From assembly GCF_006345805.1 (NCBI RefSeq), contig NW_021825842.1, forward strand, positions 1 to 14,539: a stretch of 14,539 nt of DNA. The letters are read 5' to 3'. Under the pieces are notes generated by a model. The model did not search any database. It was not told the origin of the DNA and saw only the letters and a program-made list of their open reading frames with translations. Each line of letters begins with the position of its first letter. Within the stretch, counting starts at the first letter, position 1. Below are positions 1 through 10,620 of this stretch, piece by piece. Source of the DNA: Octopus sinensis. Its lineage: Eukaryota. The position numbers were made by a program, and so were the translations under genes.

Positions 1-280
1 GAAATTGCTGTTTTCGTTGTTGTTTTTGTTGTTATTGCTGCTGTTGCTGTTCTTGTTGTTGATGTTGTTGTTGTTGTTGCTGCTCCTGCTGCTGCCGTTC
101 TTGTTGCTGGTGTTGTTGCTGTTGTTGTTGTTGTTGTTGCATTTATGTCTGTTATTATCCTTCTCGCCAGTGCATCTACATTAAAAGTTTGAGTTGCATA
201 TTGCAAGATTGTGTCGTTATTTTTTTGGGTGTTGTTATCGTTCCTGTTGTCACTGTTGCTGTTGTTGCTGATGCTGATGC
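1..280. repeat. Degenerate (GTT/GCT)n triplet low-complexity tract
   Basis: Direct: gttgttgttg/gctgctg runs. Confidence 0.9.
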
Positions 281-330
281 ATTATATATATACATATTAT
301 ACATATATACATATATAATATATATATTAT

Positions 331-395
<65 letters not shown>
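281..395. repeat. (TA)n microsatellite
   Basis: Direct. Confidence 0.97.
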
Positions 396-420
396 GTGTG
401 GTGTGTGCCTTTGTGTATAT

Positions 421-608
421 GTTTATCTGCCCATCACCTCATGACAACCGGTGTTACTGAGTTTATGTCTTTAGTAACTTAACTGTTCGGCGCAAGTAAC
501 CGATAGAATAAGTACCGGGCTGAAAAAAAAAGTCCTCGGGTCGATGTGTTCGACTAAAAGCCAGTGCTCCAGCATGGCCGCAGTGAAATGCCAGAAAACA
601 AGTAAAAG
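421..608 (+). mobile_element. SINE family A, 3' half only
   Basis: tgacaaccg...gttcggc...cgatagaataagtac...gggtcgat...cgactaaa...gctccagcatggccgcag...aaacaagtaaaag aligns by eye to 13930-14095 (+) and 7515-7660 (-). Confidence 0.9.
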
Positions 609-796
609 TCTGAGAAACAAGATATTTCAATAATTTTTTTTTTTTAGACAATTCCTAATAATATTCGATTATGAAAATGTAATGAGATTATATTTGAACA
701 TCGAATTGTAATGCATCCATCGAAACGTATGTAGAAGAATTCAAGATAAAATGGTTTAACAACATCCCGAGAGTTCGTCTCCTTGATCAATTTTCT

Positions 797-817
797 TATA
801 CATACATAATACATACA

Positions 818-851
<34 letters not shown>

Positions 852-956
852 ATATATATATATATATAATATATATATTATATATATATATATATAGATA
901 TATATATATATATATATATATATAATGTATATGTATGTAATGTATAAATATATACA
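797..956. repeat. (TACA)n/(TA)n compound microsatellite
   Basis: Direct. Confidence 0.95.
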
Positions 957-994
957 CGAGGGGCACTAAAATGTTTCTGGCTTTAAGGGTATTG
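957..994 (+). mobile_element. Possible isolated mariner-type TIR fragment
   Basis: cgaggggcactaaaatgtttctggcttt follows a TA-rich tract and resembles mariner termini of the TA|CGAGGG..GAAAAGT type; no partner end found. Confidence 0.4.
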
Positions 995-1009
995 CTAGGG
1001 GCTCCTTTT

Positions 1010-1125
1010 ATACGACAGGCTTCTTGCAGTTTCCATCTATCAAATCCACCGACAAGGCTTTGACCGGCGCGAGGCTATAGTAGCAGTCACAAGCCCAAGG
1101 TGCCACGCAGTGAAACTGAACCCAT
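1010..1125 (-). mobile_element. SINE family A, 5' body fragment
   Basis: acgacaggcttctt..cagtttccatctatcaaatcca..acaaggcttt..gaggctatagtag..cccaaggtgccacgcagtgaaactgaaccc matches 7783-7895. Confidence 0.9.
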
Positions 1126-1237
1126 TATTTCTTTTCCTAATATGACAAATCTTTTGCTGCTATTTCGCTATTTCTAGCACATCCATTGGGCACATAAAGG
1201 CTTTCTTGTGGACTCTGACTGTTGTCGTAGTTGGTTT

Positions 1238-1615
1238 TGCTGTTGCTGTTGCTGTTGAGCGTAGCGGTCTTCGTCCAGTGGGAGAAGTCCGAAATGTGGT
1301 ACTTTGCTATTCGTAAGACCCGCAGAAGAGAAAGCAGGTCAACCCCCGACACCGAGAGCATCGACGGATGGATGAATGCGCATCCAGGCTCAGCGGTTGC
1401 GTAGGAAGTCGGGGACAAGAAACAGGAAGAAAGAGTGAGAGAAAGTTGGAACGAAAGGGTACAACAGGGGTCGCCACCTCCCCCCTGCCGGAGCCTCGTG
1501 GAGCTTTAGGTGTTTTCGTTCAATAAACACACACAAACGCCTGGGCTGGGAATCGAAACCGCGATCCTCCGACCGTGAGTCCGCTGCCCTAACCATTGGG
1601 CCATTGCGCCTCCAC
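1238..1615 (-). mobile_element. Full-length tRNA-derived SINE, family B1 (resembles octopus OR-type SINEs), (CAACAG)n tail
   Basis: Minus-strand head gtggaggcgcaaTGGCCCAATGGttagggcagcggactcacggtcggaggatcgcggtTTCGATTCCc has Pol III A and B boxes; simple-repeat tail at 1238-1257; head and body shared with 11036-11221. Confidence 0.9.
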
Positions 1616-1835
1616 TTGAAGCTGTTGATGTTGTTAACTTTAGTTTTTGTCTTACTCGTTTGATGCTATTTGACTATGTTGTTGTTGTTTTTTGTCACTG
1701 CCGTTATTGCTGGTTTTTTTTTAGATTTTGTTTATTTCTAGTTTATTTCCAGTGATGGACTGTTTACGGATATGTCTGAGCACTCGAGGCAAGCGGACAT
1801 TTGACATCCTCGGTTTGTAATCCTATCGTGACGAC

Positions 1836-1911
1836 ACAACCACCGCCGCCGCAGTTACCATCATCGCCACAACCACCACCACCACCGCCGCCGACATCAT
1901 CGCCGTCACCC
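1836..1911. repeat. (CCA/CCG/TCA)n triplet low complexity
   Basis: Direct. Confidence 0.85.
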
Positions 1912-2047
1912 TCGGCTGGGACGTATTGTTATCTGATTGAAATTATCGTATCATGTTGCAGATGTATCGATAGTGTTCAGTCGGGTCAGTGGCATCGACA
2001 TGGAATAATAATAATGATAATAATAATAATAATAATAATAATGATAA

Positions 2048-2572
2048 TGGCTCTCATGGCTTCTGATCTTAACTGATTGGAAGTGTTATCATGTACATTG
2101 TTTTGTCTTGGTATAAAAAGATGGGCTACAGCAAATATTCTGCTCAATACCACAGATTTGCTTGTCAGTTGTTTGACCTTAACCAGTTGAGCATATAGGC
2201 TGATGATATGTGCATCTCTGATCACGAGCAGAAGTAGTGGGGAGCATCATAGCCATGTGTTGAGGGGAAATCTTTGGGGTTTGAATAATTCACCTTTGGA
2301 AACAGGGGTTGTTCGTACAAAATCCTTAAACAAACCTTATTCAAGGACCTTTTGAGCAGGATTGATTACTCGACCAGAAGAAAATTCTAACTGGGACCCA
2401 CCTGCAAGGTCATGGGCTGTTTATCTTGATATGAGACCACCATATCGCGCACATATGGTTGTGATGCATGTGCCTGGTGTACCCTTATCAGACGGGTAGT
2501 CATGATGGGTATACTGGACTTCGTGTATTTTACCCCAGTGTCACTTTGAAGGCATGCACTGCTCTCTCACTC
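2048..2572. mobile_element. About 525-bp non-coding insert bracketed by (AAT)n arrays; probable interspersed repeat targeting (TAA)n
   Basis: Sharp transitions from (AAT)n 2004-2048 into complex sequence and back into (AAT)n 2573-2670; no convincing ORF. Confidence 0.6.
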
Positions 2573-2603
2573 AATAGTAATAATAATAATAATAATGATG
2601 ATG

Positions 2604-2645
<42 letters not shown>

Positions 2646-2670
2646 TAATAATAATATTATAACAACAATA

Positions 2671-2763
2671 ATGGAGACTCTAATCTGTGCTGCCTAAGTG
2701 CAAGCATTAAGAACCAATTACATCAAATACAAAATAGATAACACGTCAGAAAGTGATAAGTGG
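2671..2763 (+). pseudogene. Short relic of an R4/Dong-type non-LTR retrotransposon ORF (segment before the CCHC knuckle)
   Basis: Translates as METLICAA*VQALRTNYIKYKIDNTSESDKW, similar to EGFILAAQDQSLLTRNYQANVMKNGADPKC of the 12623-13180 ORF; stop at 2695-2697 where Q is expected. Confidence 0.75.
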
Positions 2764-2809
2764 TGGTAGTAGTAATAGTAGCAGCAGCAGCAGCAGCAGC
2801 AGCAATAGT

Positions 2810-2858
<49 letters not shown>

Positions 2859-2878
2859 TGTTGTTGTTGTTGTTGTAG
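2764..2878. repeat. Compound (TAG)(CAG)(TAG)(TTG) microsatellite
   Basis: Direct. Confidence 0.95.
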
Positions 2879-2882
2879 TCTC

Positions 2883-3096
2883 AAAGCGGCCAGGTAGAAG
2901 AATCGTTCGCACGCCCGGCGAAATAGCTACATTTCGTCCATCTTTTAGGTTTTGAGTTCAAATTCCACCGAGGTTGACTCTATTTTTCATCCCTTAGGGA
3001 CCAGTGGATGGTAGTGGGGGTTCGTTGTCATCAACTTACCCCTCTCTTCCTCCACCCAAATTGCTGGCCTTGCGACAAAATTTTGAAACCAATATT
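2883..3096 (+). mobile_element. Diverged SINE family C (B box plus conserved central domain, possibly Meta-type)
   Basis: B box gagttcaaattcc followed by ccgaggttgactctatttttcatccctt, resembling the GTTGACTCAGCCTTCCATCCTT SINE domain; 3' ggccttgcgacaaaattttgaaacc then short AT tail. Confidence 0.75.
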
Positions 3097-3589
3097 TTAT
3101 CTACAGATATATCAAACGGACACGGCTGAATTAAGTTCGATCAAAAGCCGACCCGAAAGATTAAACTACAACGACAACAACGACAACGACAACTTCAACC
3201 GAGGCCTGCAACCACAACCACAACGAACAGCTAATAAAATCTAGATATACGACGCATCCAGTGAGAAATTTTAGACGACCAATTGTTAGATAAAACCAGT
3301 CAGTGAGATTATCGTTGTTTAAGTTTCTGGTATTTTACTGTATAATTATCGTCTGTTTCCGTTGCGTTGTGGCTTTGCTGTTGCCTGTTGAAATATCGCT
3401 GTCGTCTGCTTCTGTAATTGTAATAAATGGACGACAGGAAACTAGCGAATTGTCATCAGACGAACATCATTTTGTTTGTTTCTAGCGCTATCTATTTTTT
3501 TGTCCTGATTTGTTTTTACTTACCATCTCATACACCTTCGTTATCATCAAGAGATTGCAATTTAATATATGTTTTATGTACAGTAAACT

Positions 3590-3629
3590 CACAAACACAC
3601 ACACACACACGTATATGTTATGTATACTC

Positions 3630-3675
<46 letters not shown>

Positions 3676-3971
3676 GTGGTGTGTTTGTGTGTGTGTGTGT
3701 GTATGTATATTTACGAAATATATATAATTATATTATAGATACACACATCGCTTACAATATGGGTAAATACGTATGCATCTACTTATCTATCTATATCTAT
3801 CTATCTCTATCTATCTATCTATCATCTATCTATCTATCTATGTCTAGTATATATATATATATACTGTGTGTGTCCTGTGCGTGCGTGTATGCATATACGT
3901 ATGTACAGATATACATATATATATGTACATATGGATAGTTTATGTACATTTATCCATATAATACGTATATT

Positions 3972-4004
<33 letters not shown>

Positions 4005-4088
4005 CTATATATACTGTATGCATACTATCCACATATATATGCATATGTATATATGCATTTATGCATATATATATATATACATAGATAT

Positions 4089-4133
<45 letters not shown>

Positions 4134-4235
4134 CACACACACTCTCACATATACATACTTATGTATACTCATGCAAACACACACACATATACTTGCATAA
4201 GCCTATACACACAGACAGAGAGGGGAGAGAGAGAC
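3590..4235. repeat. Compound (CA)/(TA)/(TG)/(TCTA) microsatellite field
   Basis: Direct. Confidence 0.93.
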
Positions 4236-4397
4236 TTAAATTGATTGGCAGACAGGCAGACAAACCAACCGATCCATAGACGTAGACATCTGCAATCATG
4301 TGCCTTCCCGTATTCTCGCGAGTATGCGTAAGCATGTATGTATACCTGTGTGTATATCCCTACGTTTCTTTGCCTATGTGTCTATATCTCTGCCATC

Positions 4398-4455
4398 GTG
4401 TGTGCATGTGTGTGTGTGTGTATGTGTGTGTGTGTGTGTATGTGTGTGTGTGTGT
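4398..4455. repeat. (TG)n microsatellite
   Basis: Direct. Confidence 0.95.
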
Positions 4456-5028
4456 TTTGAGCGGATGTGTACTTATGTCTCTGCTCATCTACTTAACGCG
4501 GTTTCAGATGACAATTTATGATATACGAGAGAGAAATTGTAATAATTACTGATTCGGCCTGTCCCTGTAATTGTTAACTAAAATGTACGACCCCCATAAC
4601 TCGATATTCCCTGACATCGTTTAAACAGAGATCAGAGCTGTCTGTCTACCAAACGCTGTACCCACCTCACCCTCACCTCCTTATATCGATCGTTTTTGTA
4701 TCTGCTTGTGAGATTCTTAGTGAACTCGTGTGTTGAAGCATATTTTGTTGTGTTTTGGGTGGGTCGTTATGTAAATAATAAACACATGCACTGGTTATAT
4801 TTCATTTCTTTATTTTATTGTTTTTGTTGTGGTTGATTTTTTTTGTCAAATTGTTAACCATTTAGCGAATTGGATAATCGATTGTTCGATTAATCGTATG
4901 ATCAATCATTCAATTATTTTGGTTCGTCAAAGGCCTTCCGTCGTTGTCCGCGATCTCATCAATGATATGCCTTACCTACTCTAGCGTATATAGTAGCATG
5001 ATAGGCATCGAATCACACTTTACTGTCA

Positions 5029-5108
5029 TGTGTGTGTGAGTGTCTCTGTCTGTCTGTCTGTCTATGTCTGTATGTGCCAGTTCGAGTGCATGTGAGTGCG
5101 TGCGTGCA

Positions 5109-5148
<40 letters not shown>
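5029..5148. repeat. (TG)n/(TGTC)n microsatellite
   Basis: Direct. Confidence 0.93.
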
Positions 5149-5149
<1 letters not shown>

Positions 5150-5302
5150 ATACATATGAATACGCACATACCTATAACTATATAATCATAGACATAATTA
5201 TGAGCGCATTTATATACGTACACATGTATGCAGGTATTTATTTATGAACCAAAGGGAGACCTCGGTAAGCAAATTGACAACAGAGATATCAGTCAGATTG
5301 CC

Positions 5303-5510
5303 CGTAAACACACCATCACTGGTTGTCAAGCGGTTGAAGGGGGAAAACGAAAGCAGAAAGACACAGACACATAGATATTTACAAACATACGACGGGATTC
5401 TTTCAGTTTCCGTTCACCAAGTCTACTCACAAGGCTTTGGTCGGACGAAGGTTATTACAAAAGAAACTTGCCCAAGGTACAATGCAGTGTCACTGAACCG
5501 GGAACCATGT
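5303..5510 (-). mobile_element. SINE family A, diverged central fragment
   Basis: cgtaaacacacc..ggttgtcaagcg..acgacggg..tttcagtttccgt..ctcacaaggctttggtcgg..acttgcccaaggt..gaaccatgt matches 7629-7905. Confidence 0.88.
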
Positions 5511-5610
5511 TTCCAAGTTTAAATGACATTGCGAACTAAGCTAATTCATTCTCTCACAGGTACAAACGATTATACTACGAGACCAAACGCATTTGCCAAT
5601 GCATGTAATT

Positions 5611-5686
5611 ACACACACACACACGCACATATGTATGTATATACATATATATATACATAAACGTACATATGTATATATATACGTAT

Positions 5687-5735
<49 letters not shown>
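5611..5735. repeat. (CA)/(TA)n microsatellite
   Basis: Direct. Confidence 0.95.
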
Positions 5736-5736
<1 letters not shown>

Positions 5737-5791
5737 GGAAATGTACTCGCATAGCAAGTAATTTGATCTGAGATCGTGTGCTGAAACGAAT

Positions 5792-6051
5792 ACAATTGCA
5801 GCGTGGAAGGTGTTTGTTAGCCATTTAAGAAACACACAAAAGCCGTTCGATTCACTTAAAAATTTAAGTTTAATTTGTCAAAATATTTTCGTCGCTAAAA
5901 TCTGCGATGCAGCACGGATTTTGTCAGTGAACAGGTCGCGGATTTTAGCGACGAAAATATTTTGACAAATTAAACTTAAATGTTGAAGTGAATCGAACGG
6001 CTTTTGTGTGTTTCTTAAATGGCTTACAAACACCTTCCACGCTGCAATTGT
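5792..6051. repeat. Long inverted repeat: arms 5792-5907 and 5936-6051, 28-nt spacer; probable inverted pseudo-LTRs of a Penelope-like element (element about 5736-6051)
   Basis: Arms of 116 bp, ungapped, 4 mismatches by manual comparison; (TA)n on both sides of the element; contains a hammerhead motif. Confidence 0.95.
5920..5969 (+). ncRNA. Minimal type I hammerhead ribozyme motif, G3:C8 core variant
   Basis: Stem I tttgtca(5920-26)/tgacaaa(5963-69); core GTGAACA(5927-33); extra G; stem II gtcgc(5935-39)/gcgac(5948-52); GAAA(5953-56); palindromic ATAT; U16.1=5961, H17=5962. Confidence 0.78.
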
Positions 6052-6724
6052 TATATATATATATTATGTATGTATACATTTGTGTGTGTATGTTTTATAC
6101 TTTTTGAAAGTGAAACTTCACACAACGCGAGTGAATTTCACCGTTACTATCTTCAGCCAAAATGAAAGTAATAAAATAAATGATGTTATATCTATACCAA
6201 AATAAACAGATTTTGAATGTGGATGTAAGTGTGTGTGTATTTGTGTGTGTATGTGCCTCTGTGCGCGCATTCATATACATACATATATATATATAAGTCG
6301 AAACAAAATCTATTGAAGCTTTCAGGCAATTTGAAATATTTCACTAACAACTACAACAACAACAACAACAACAAAAAGGAAGAAACAAGATTTCATATCC
6401 GAATGCGTATAAAAAGACGGAGCTGCTATGCTACCATATATGAAACTTTGCGGAGATGCAAAGATTACAAATGTTATTAACCTGTCTGCAATTCTAATAT
6501 ATTCCAAATGATTTTAAAGTTTTTAATATTCTTAATTCTCAATCCCAAATATATTAAGATAACATTGTTTCGGGTTGTCTTCTAAAAGCGTCTCTATGTT
6601 GATTATATCTTAATTTGAAAGGATTTCCAGTCAAACTATTATAATCTTTAGAAAGTGAATTATCTTTTGAATTCTATTATAAACGATGGAATTCTGAAGA
6701 CATAAATTGTTTAAGGAGCTTTTG

Positions 6725-7017
6725 CTGGTGACGTTGGTGGGGTTAGTTGTGGCGCTGTTGTTCATGATGATGGTGGTGGTGGTGATGATGATATTTGTCG
6801 TGGGGGGCGATGGCGGTAGTGTGGTTTGTAGTGATTTGTGCTGTTGTTGGTGAGGTTAAACGGCGATATTCGATATTCTAGTGAGTGGCGGTGGAATGGT
6901 GGTGGAATGGTGGTGGCAGTGGTGGTGGTAGTTGTATTTACTGTGAATGTAATGATAGAGTGAATGATGGCTCGGGATGCTGGTCGGTGTGGAATTGATA
7001 AAGGGTAAACGAATGGT

Positions 7018-7080
<63 letters not shown>

Positions 7081-7087
7081 GTAGCGT

Positions 7088-7118
<31 letters not shown>

Positions 7119-7512
7119 TGTAGTAGTAGCGTTAGTAGTAGTAGTAGTAGTTATTGCAGTTCTGGTGGCTACGGTGGTGGTGGTGGTGGTGGTGGCGGTA
7201 GTGGTGGTGGTTGTGGTGGTGGTGATAGTTGCGGTTATACTGATCATAGTGTTGGTGAAATTGTTATTGATGTTGTTGTTGCTGGTGATGGTGGTGGTGG
7301 TGGTGGTTATGGCGTTGGTGTTGGTGGTAGTGGTTGTGGTACTGGTTTTGGTGATGGTGATGGTGATGGTGATGATGTTGATAGCAGTGGTGGTCATGGT
7401 GATTTTAGTGTAGGTGGTACTGATGTTTGTTGTTGGTGTTGATGTTCACGGTGGGGTGTAAACGGTGGTAGTGATGTTGGTGGTGCGATAGCTATGCTGA
7501 TGGTAATGGGGC
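6725..7512. repeat. G/T-rich triplet field (GGT/GAT/GTT) with a (GTA)n core at 7018-7150
   Basis: Direct; source of the poly-T and poly-V ORFs. Confidence 0.93.
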
Positions 7513-7514
7513 AG

Positions 7515-7706
7515 GTGGCCATGCTGGAGCACCGCCTTTAGTCGAGCAATTCGACCCCAAGACTTATTCTTTATAAGCCTAGTACTTATTCTATCGGTCT
7601 ATTTTGCCGAACCGCTAGGTTACGGGGACGTAAACACACCAGCATCGGTTGTCAAACGATGTTGGGAGGACAAACACAGACACAAATACACACACACACG
7701 CATACA

Positions 7707-7748
<42 letters not shown>

Positions 7749-7947
7749 TATATATATATATATATATATAGATATATATATAACGACGGGCGTCTTTTAC
7801 TTTCCGTCTACCAAATCCACTCACAAGGCTTTGGTCAGCCCGAGGCTATAGTAGAAAACACTTGACCAAGGTGCCACGCAGTGGGAATGAACCCATAACC
7901 ATGTGATTGGTAAGCAAGCTATCTACCACACAGCCACTCCTGCACCT
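7515..7947 (-). mobile_element. SINE family A, near full length, with tRNA-like head and internal (TA)n(TG)n
   Basis: Minus-strand head aggtgcaggagTGGCTGTGTGGtag...ggGTTCATTCCcactgcgtggcaccttggtcaagtg has A/B boxes; body matches 13691-14070; extreme 3' end missing. Confidence 0.93.
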
Positions 7948-8024
7948 ATTTGTTAAGAAAATTCGACTGCTCTTTCTAGCATTTCGGACAACTCAGTTGA
8001 TTAAAGGCTTACGTGGCTGCTACT

Positions 8025-8218
8025 TGTGTGGTGTTGGTGGTGGTGGTGGTGGTGGTTTTGCTGGTGGCAATGGCAGTGTTGTAGTGTAATGGCTGTAGAA
8101 ATGCAAAATGCCTTGAGTTGTGTGTGGTGGGGTGAAGTAGATGACATTGAAATGCGGGTGGGAGAGTGGGTGGCTAAGAAGACTGCGGGTGCGGGGTGGG
8201 CTGGGTAACGATGATGAC
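8025..8218. repeat. (GGT)n-rich low complexity
   Basis: Direct. Confidence 0.8.
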
Positions 8219-8780
8219 AACTTTTGGCTGTTAGCTTCTTAGCGATGTCGGTGGACTACGGTAAAAGTGCTGGCTATGTCTGCTGCGAATGTATAAAAGC
8301 ATCGAGTGATGACGATAGTGAGGAGAGGAAGTGACATAGAGAGAGAGTTTGAACACGAGGGAGCGTAAGTGTGTGTAAGGGAGTGGATGGAAAGATGTAG
8401 GAGGGTAAGAGACAAAAGCAAAAAGCAAAACAAAACGCAAGACAAAAATAATAATAATAATAATAAACACATACAAATAGACCCTACCAAAAACAGATCA
8501 AAGATGCTAGGCCTTGTTGACGCAGTTCCTCAAAAGATAGCGGAAACTAGCATGAAACGGCAACAACAACAATCAGTAAAGACAGAAATATGGTCGTTTA
8601 TCTTAAACACTTTTAAGACGAGTGAATCAATGATAAAAATTCGTGATCTGACGCCCAAATATTATTTTATATGACCATCGCTTCCTTTCCATTCTCATTA
8701 TTCCATAATATCTTTTGATTACTAATTTTTATAGATTATGATATTTTTTTCTCTCTATCGCCCTTTTTTTTTATTTATTT

Positions 8781-9033
8781 ATTGCTGTCGTTGTTGTCGT
8801 TCTTCTTCTTCTTATTATTATTGTTGTTGTTGTTATTATTATTATTATTATCATCATCATCACCGTCATCATTGTCATCATCATCGTTATTATTTTCAAT
8901 ATTATTTTTAATATTGTTATTATTATCATCACCATCGTACACATGCTTCTTCTTCTTCTTCTTCTTCTTCTTCTTCTTCTTCTTCTTCTCCTCCTCCTCC
9001 TCCTCCTCCTTCTACTTCTTCTTCATCTCATCA

Positions 9034-9095
<62 letters not shown>

Positions 9096-9111
9096 GTTAT
9101 TATTGTTATTA

Positions 9112-9144
<33 letters not shown>

Positions 9145-9300
9145 GTGTTGTTGTTGTTCTTACTGCTGCTGCTGGAATTATTATTATTATTATTATTATT
9201 ATTTTTATTATGAATATTATTCTTCTTCTTATTATTATTAATATCATTATTATCATTGTTGTTGTTGTTGTCGTCGTTGTTGTTGTTATCGTCATCGTCA
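8781..9300. repeat. Compound triplet array (TTG/TTA/TCA/TTC/TCC)
   Basis: Direct. Confidence 0.95.
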
Positions 9301-9430
9301 GAGAAACTTAATTCTTTTCTTCAATTTTACTATTCGTCTTCTCATTTATTTCTTCCTTTTCTTTTTCCTTTTGCATTCAGTTTTTTTTTTGCTATGAATT
9401 CGGCATAAAAGCAGGAGTTTAATATTTCAT

Positions 9431-9485
9431 GTATATACATACATATATATACATATATATATATACATACATATATATATATATC

Positions 9486-9572
<87 letters not shown>

Positions 9573-9601
9573 CATACATACATATATATATATACATATA
9601 T

Positions 9602-9656
<55 letters not shown>
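9431..9656. repeat. (TA)n microsatellite
   Basis: Direct. Confidence 0.97.
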
Positions 9657-10023
9657 GATGATGAAATCAGTTTAAAATTTTTTTAAATCACCAAAAATGT
9701 AAGGAAGAAAAATTACGCCAAGAACGGAAGAAAATGTAGTCAAAAGCAAGGGAGAGAACATGAATAGTTTTATAAACCGGGTTTTAGTTTTTTTTTTATT
9801 TTCGTTTTCTCAATATTTCTTATGTTTTATTATTATTTTTTTTTTTACTTTCAAAGCTTTCAAAGTTTAGATTTTCCTGAGATGTGATTATCATCGTCTG
9901 TTGCCTTCCTCATCGTTATCCTAAACATGGCTTTTCTTCTTTTCCGTTACGATCCGTTGTCAGAATACGATGCAGCTATATCTTAATGCGCATGCGCACA
10001 CATACACAGACACGGATATGTAC

Positions 10024-10463
10024 CTTTTATCTCTTATCTTTCATATGTTTCAGTCATTTTTGATTGCGGCCAAGCTGGAGCTCCCTCTTAAACAAATCCA
10101 AAGCAAGACTTTTTAAAAAAAAATTAAGCGTGGTACTTACTCTATCCGTGTACTTTTGCCGAGCCGTTAAGTTACAGGACGCAAACAAACCAACAACAGT
10201 TATCAAGCGGTGATGGGTGACAAACACACAAGCTCAAACGCATGCACACACATTCAGACATGCACGCACACACATACATACATATGTACAATATACCTAT
10301 ACAACGGGTTTCTTTTAGTTTCCATCTACCAAATCCACTGACCAGACTTTGGTCAGTCCGAGCCTATGGCAGAAGACCCTCTCCTAAAGTGCCACGCAGT
10401 GAAACGGAACCTGGGATCATAGTCGGGAAGCAACCTCCTTACTACGTAGCTTCACCTGTGCCT
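10024..10463 (-). mobile_element. SINE family A, full length but diverged
   Basis: tgtttcagtca..tgcggccaagctggagc..gtacttactctatc..ttttgccgagccg..ttccatctaccaaatccact..gtgccacgcagtg..cctgtgcct is collinear with 7515-7947 and retains the 3' end. Confidence 0.9.
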
Positions 10464-10620
10464 ATATATACATATGTATATATATACATATGTTACATAT
10501 CATACCTTGATACTGTGTGGGCTAAGATCCCCGTTGACAGGCCGCTGGTATTCATAGAATAAACACTTTCGGTATGAAAATTATGAACTCCTTACTAGAG
10601 TAACTGCTGCATATGCTGAG

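Noticed and set aside
694-740. TTGAACA...GAAACGTATGTA hammerhead-like string
   Set aside because: Positions 3 and 8 do not pair and neither stem I nor stem II forms
1137-1418. 93-aa ORF on -
   Set aside because: Runs through the SINE 3' module, its tail and the flank; no protein-family features
1540-1615. tRNA gene (also 11148-11221)
   Set aside because: A/B boxes are present but the cloverleaf is imperfect and each continues into a SINE body and tail
2200-2235. CTGATGA hammerhead core
   Set aside because: No stem II-GAAA-UH arrangement follows
3430-3460. Minus-strand CTGATGA
   Set aside because: No downstream GAAA or closing stem I
3427-4552. Overlapping YI/CV/TH-rich ORFs, and similar ones across the window
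   Set aside because: Dinucleotide microsatellite read-through
4971-5025. Minus-strand AG|GTAAG splice donor
   Set aside because: No credible acceptor (CA-repeat upstream); an isolated match of this length is expected by chance
6762-7397. 211-aa Thr-rich, mucin-like ORF
   Set aside because: Translation of stop-free triplet microsatellites; the opposite strand gives poly-Val; no domain recognised
8782-9311. Poly-Leu/Ile membrane-protein-like ORFs
   Set aside because: (TTA)/(TTC) repeat artefacts
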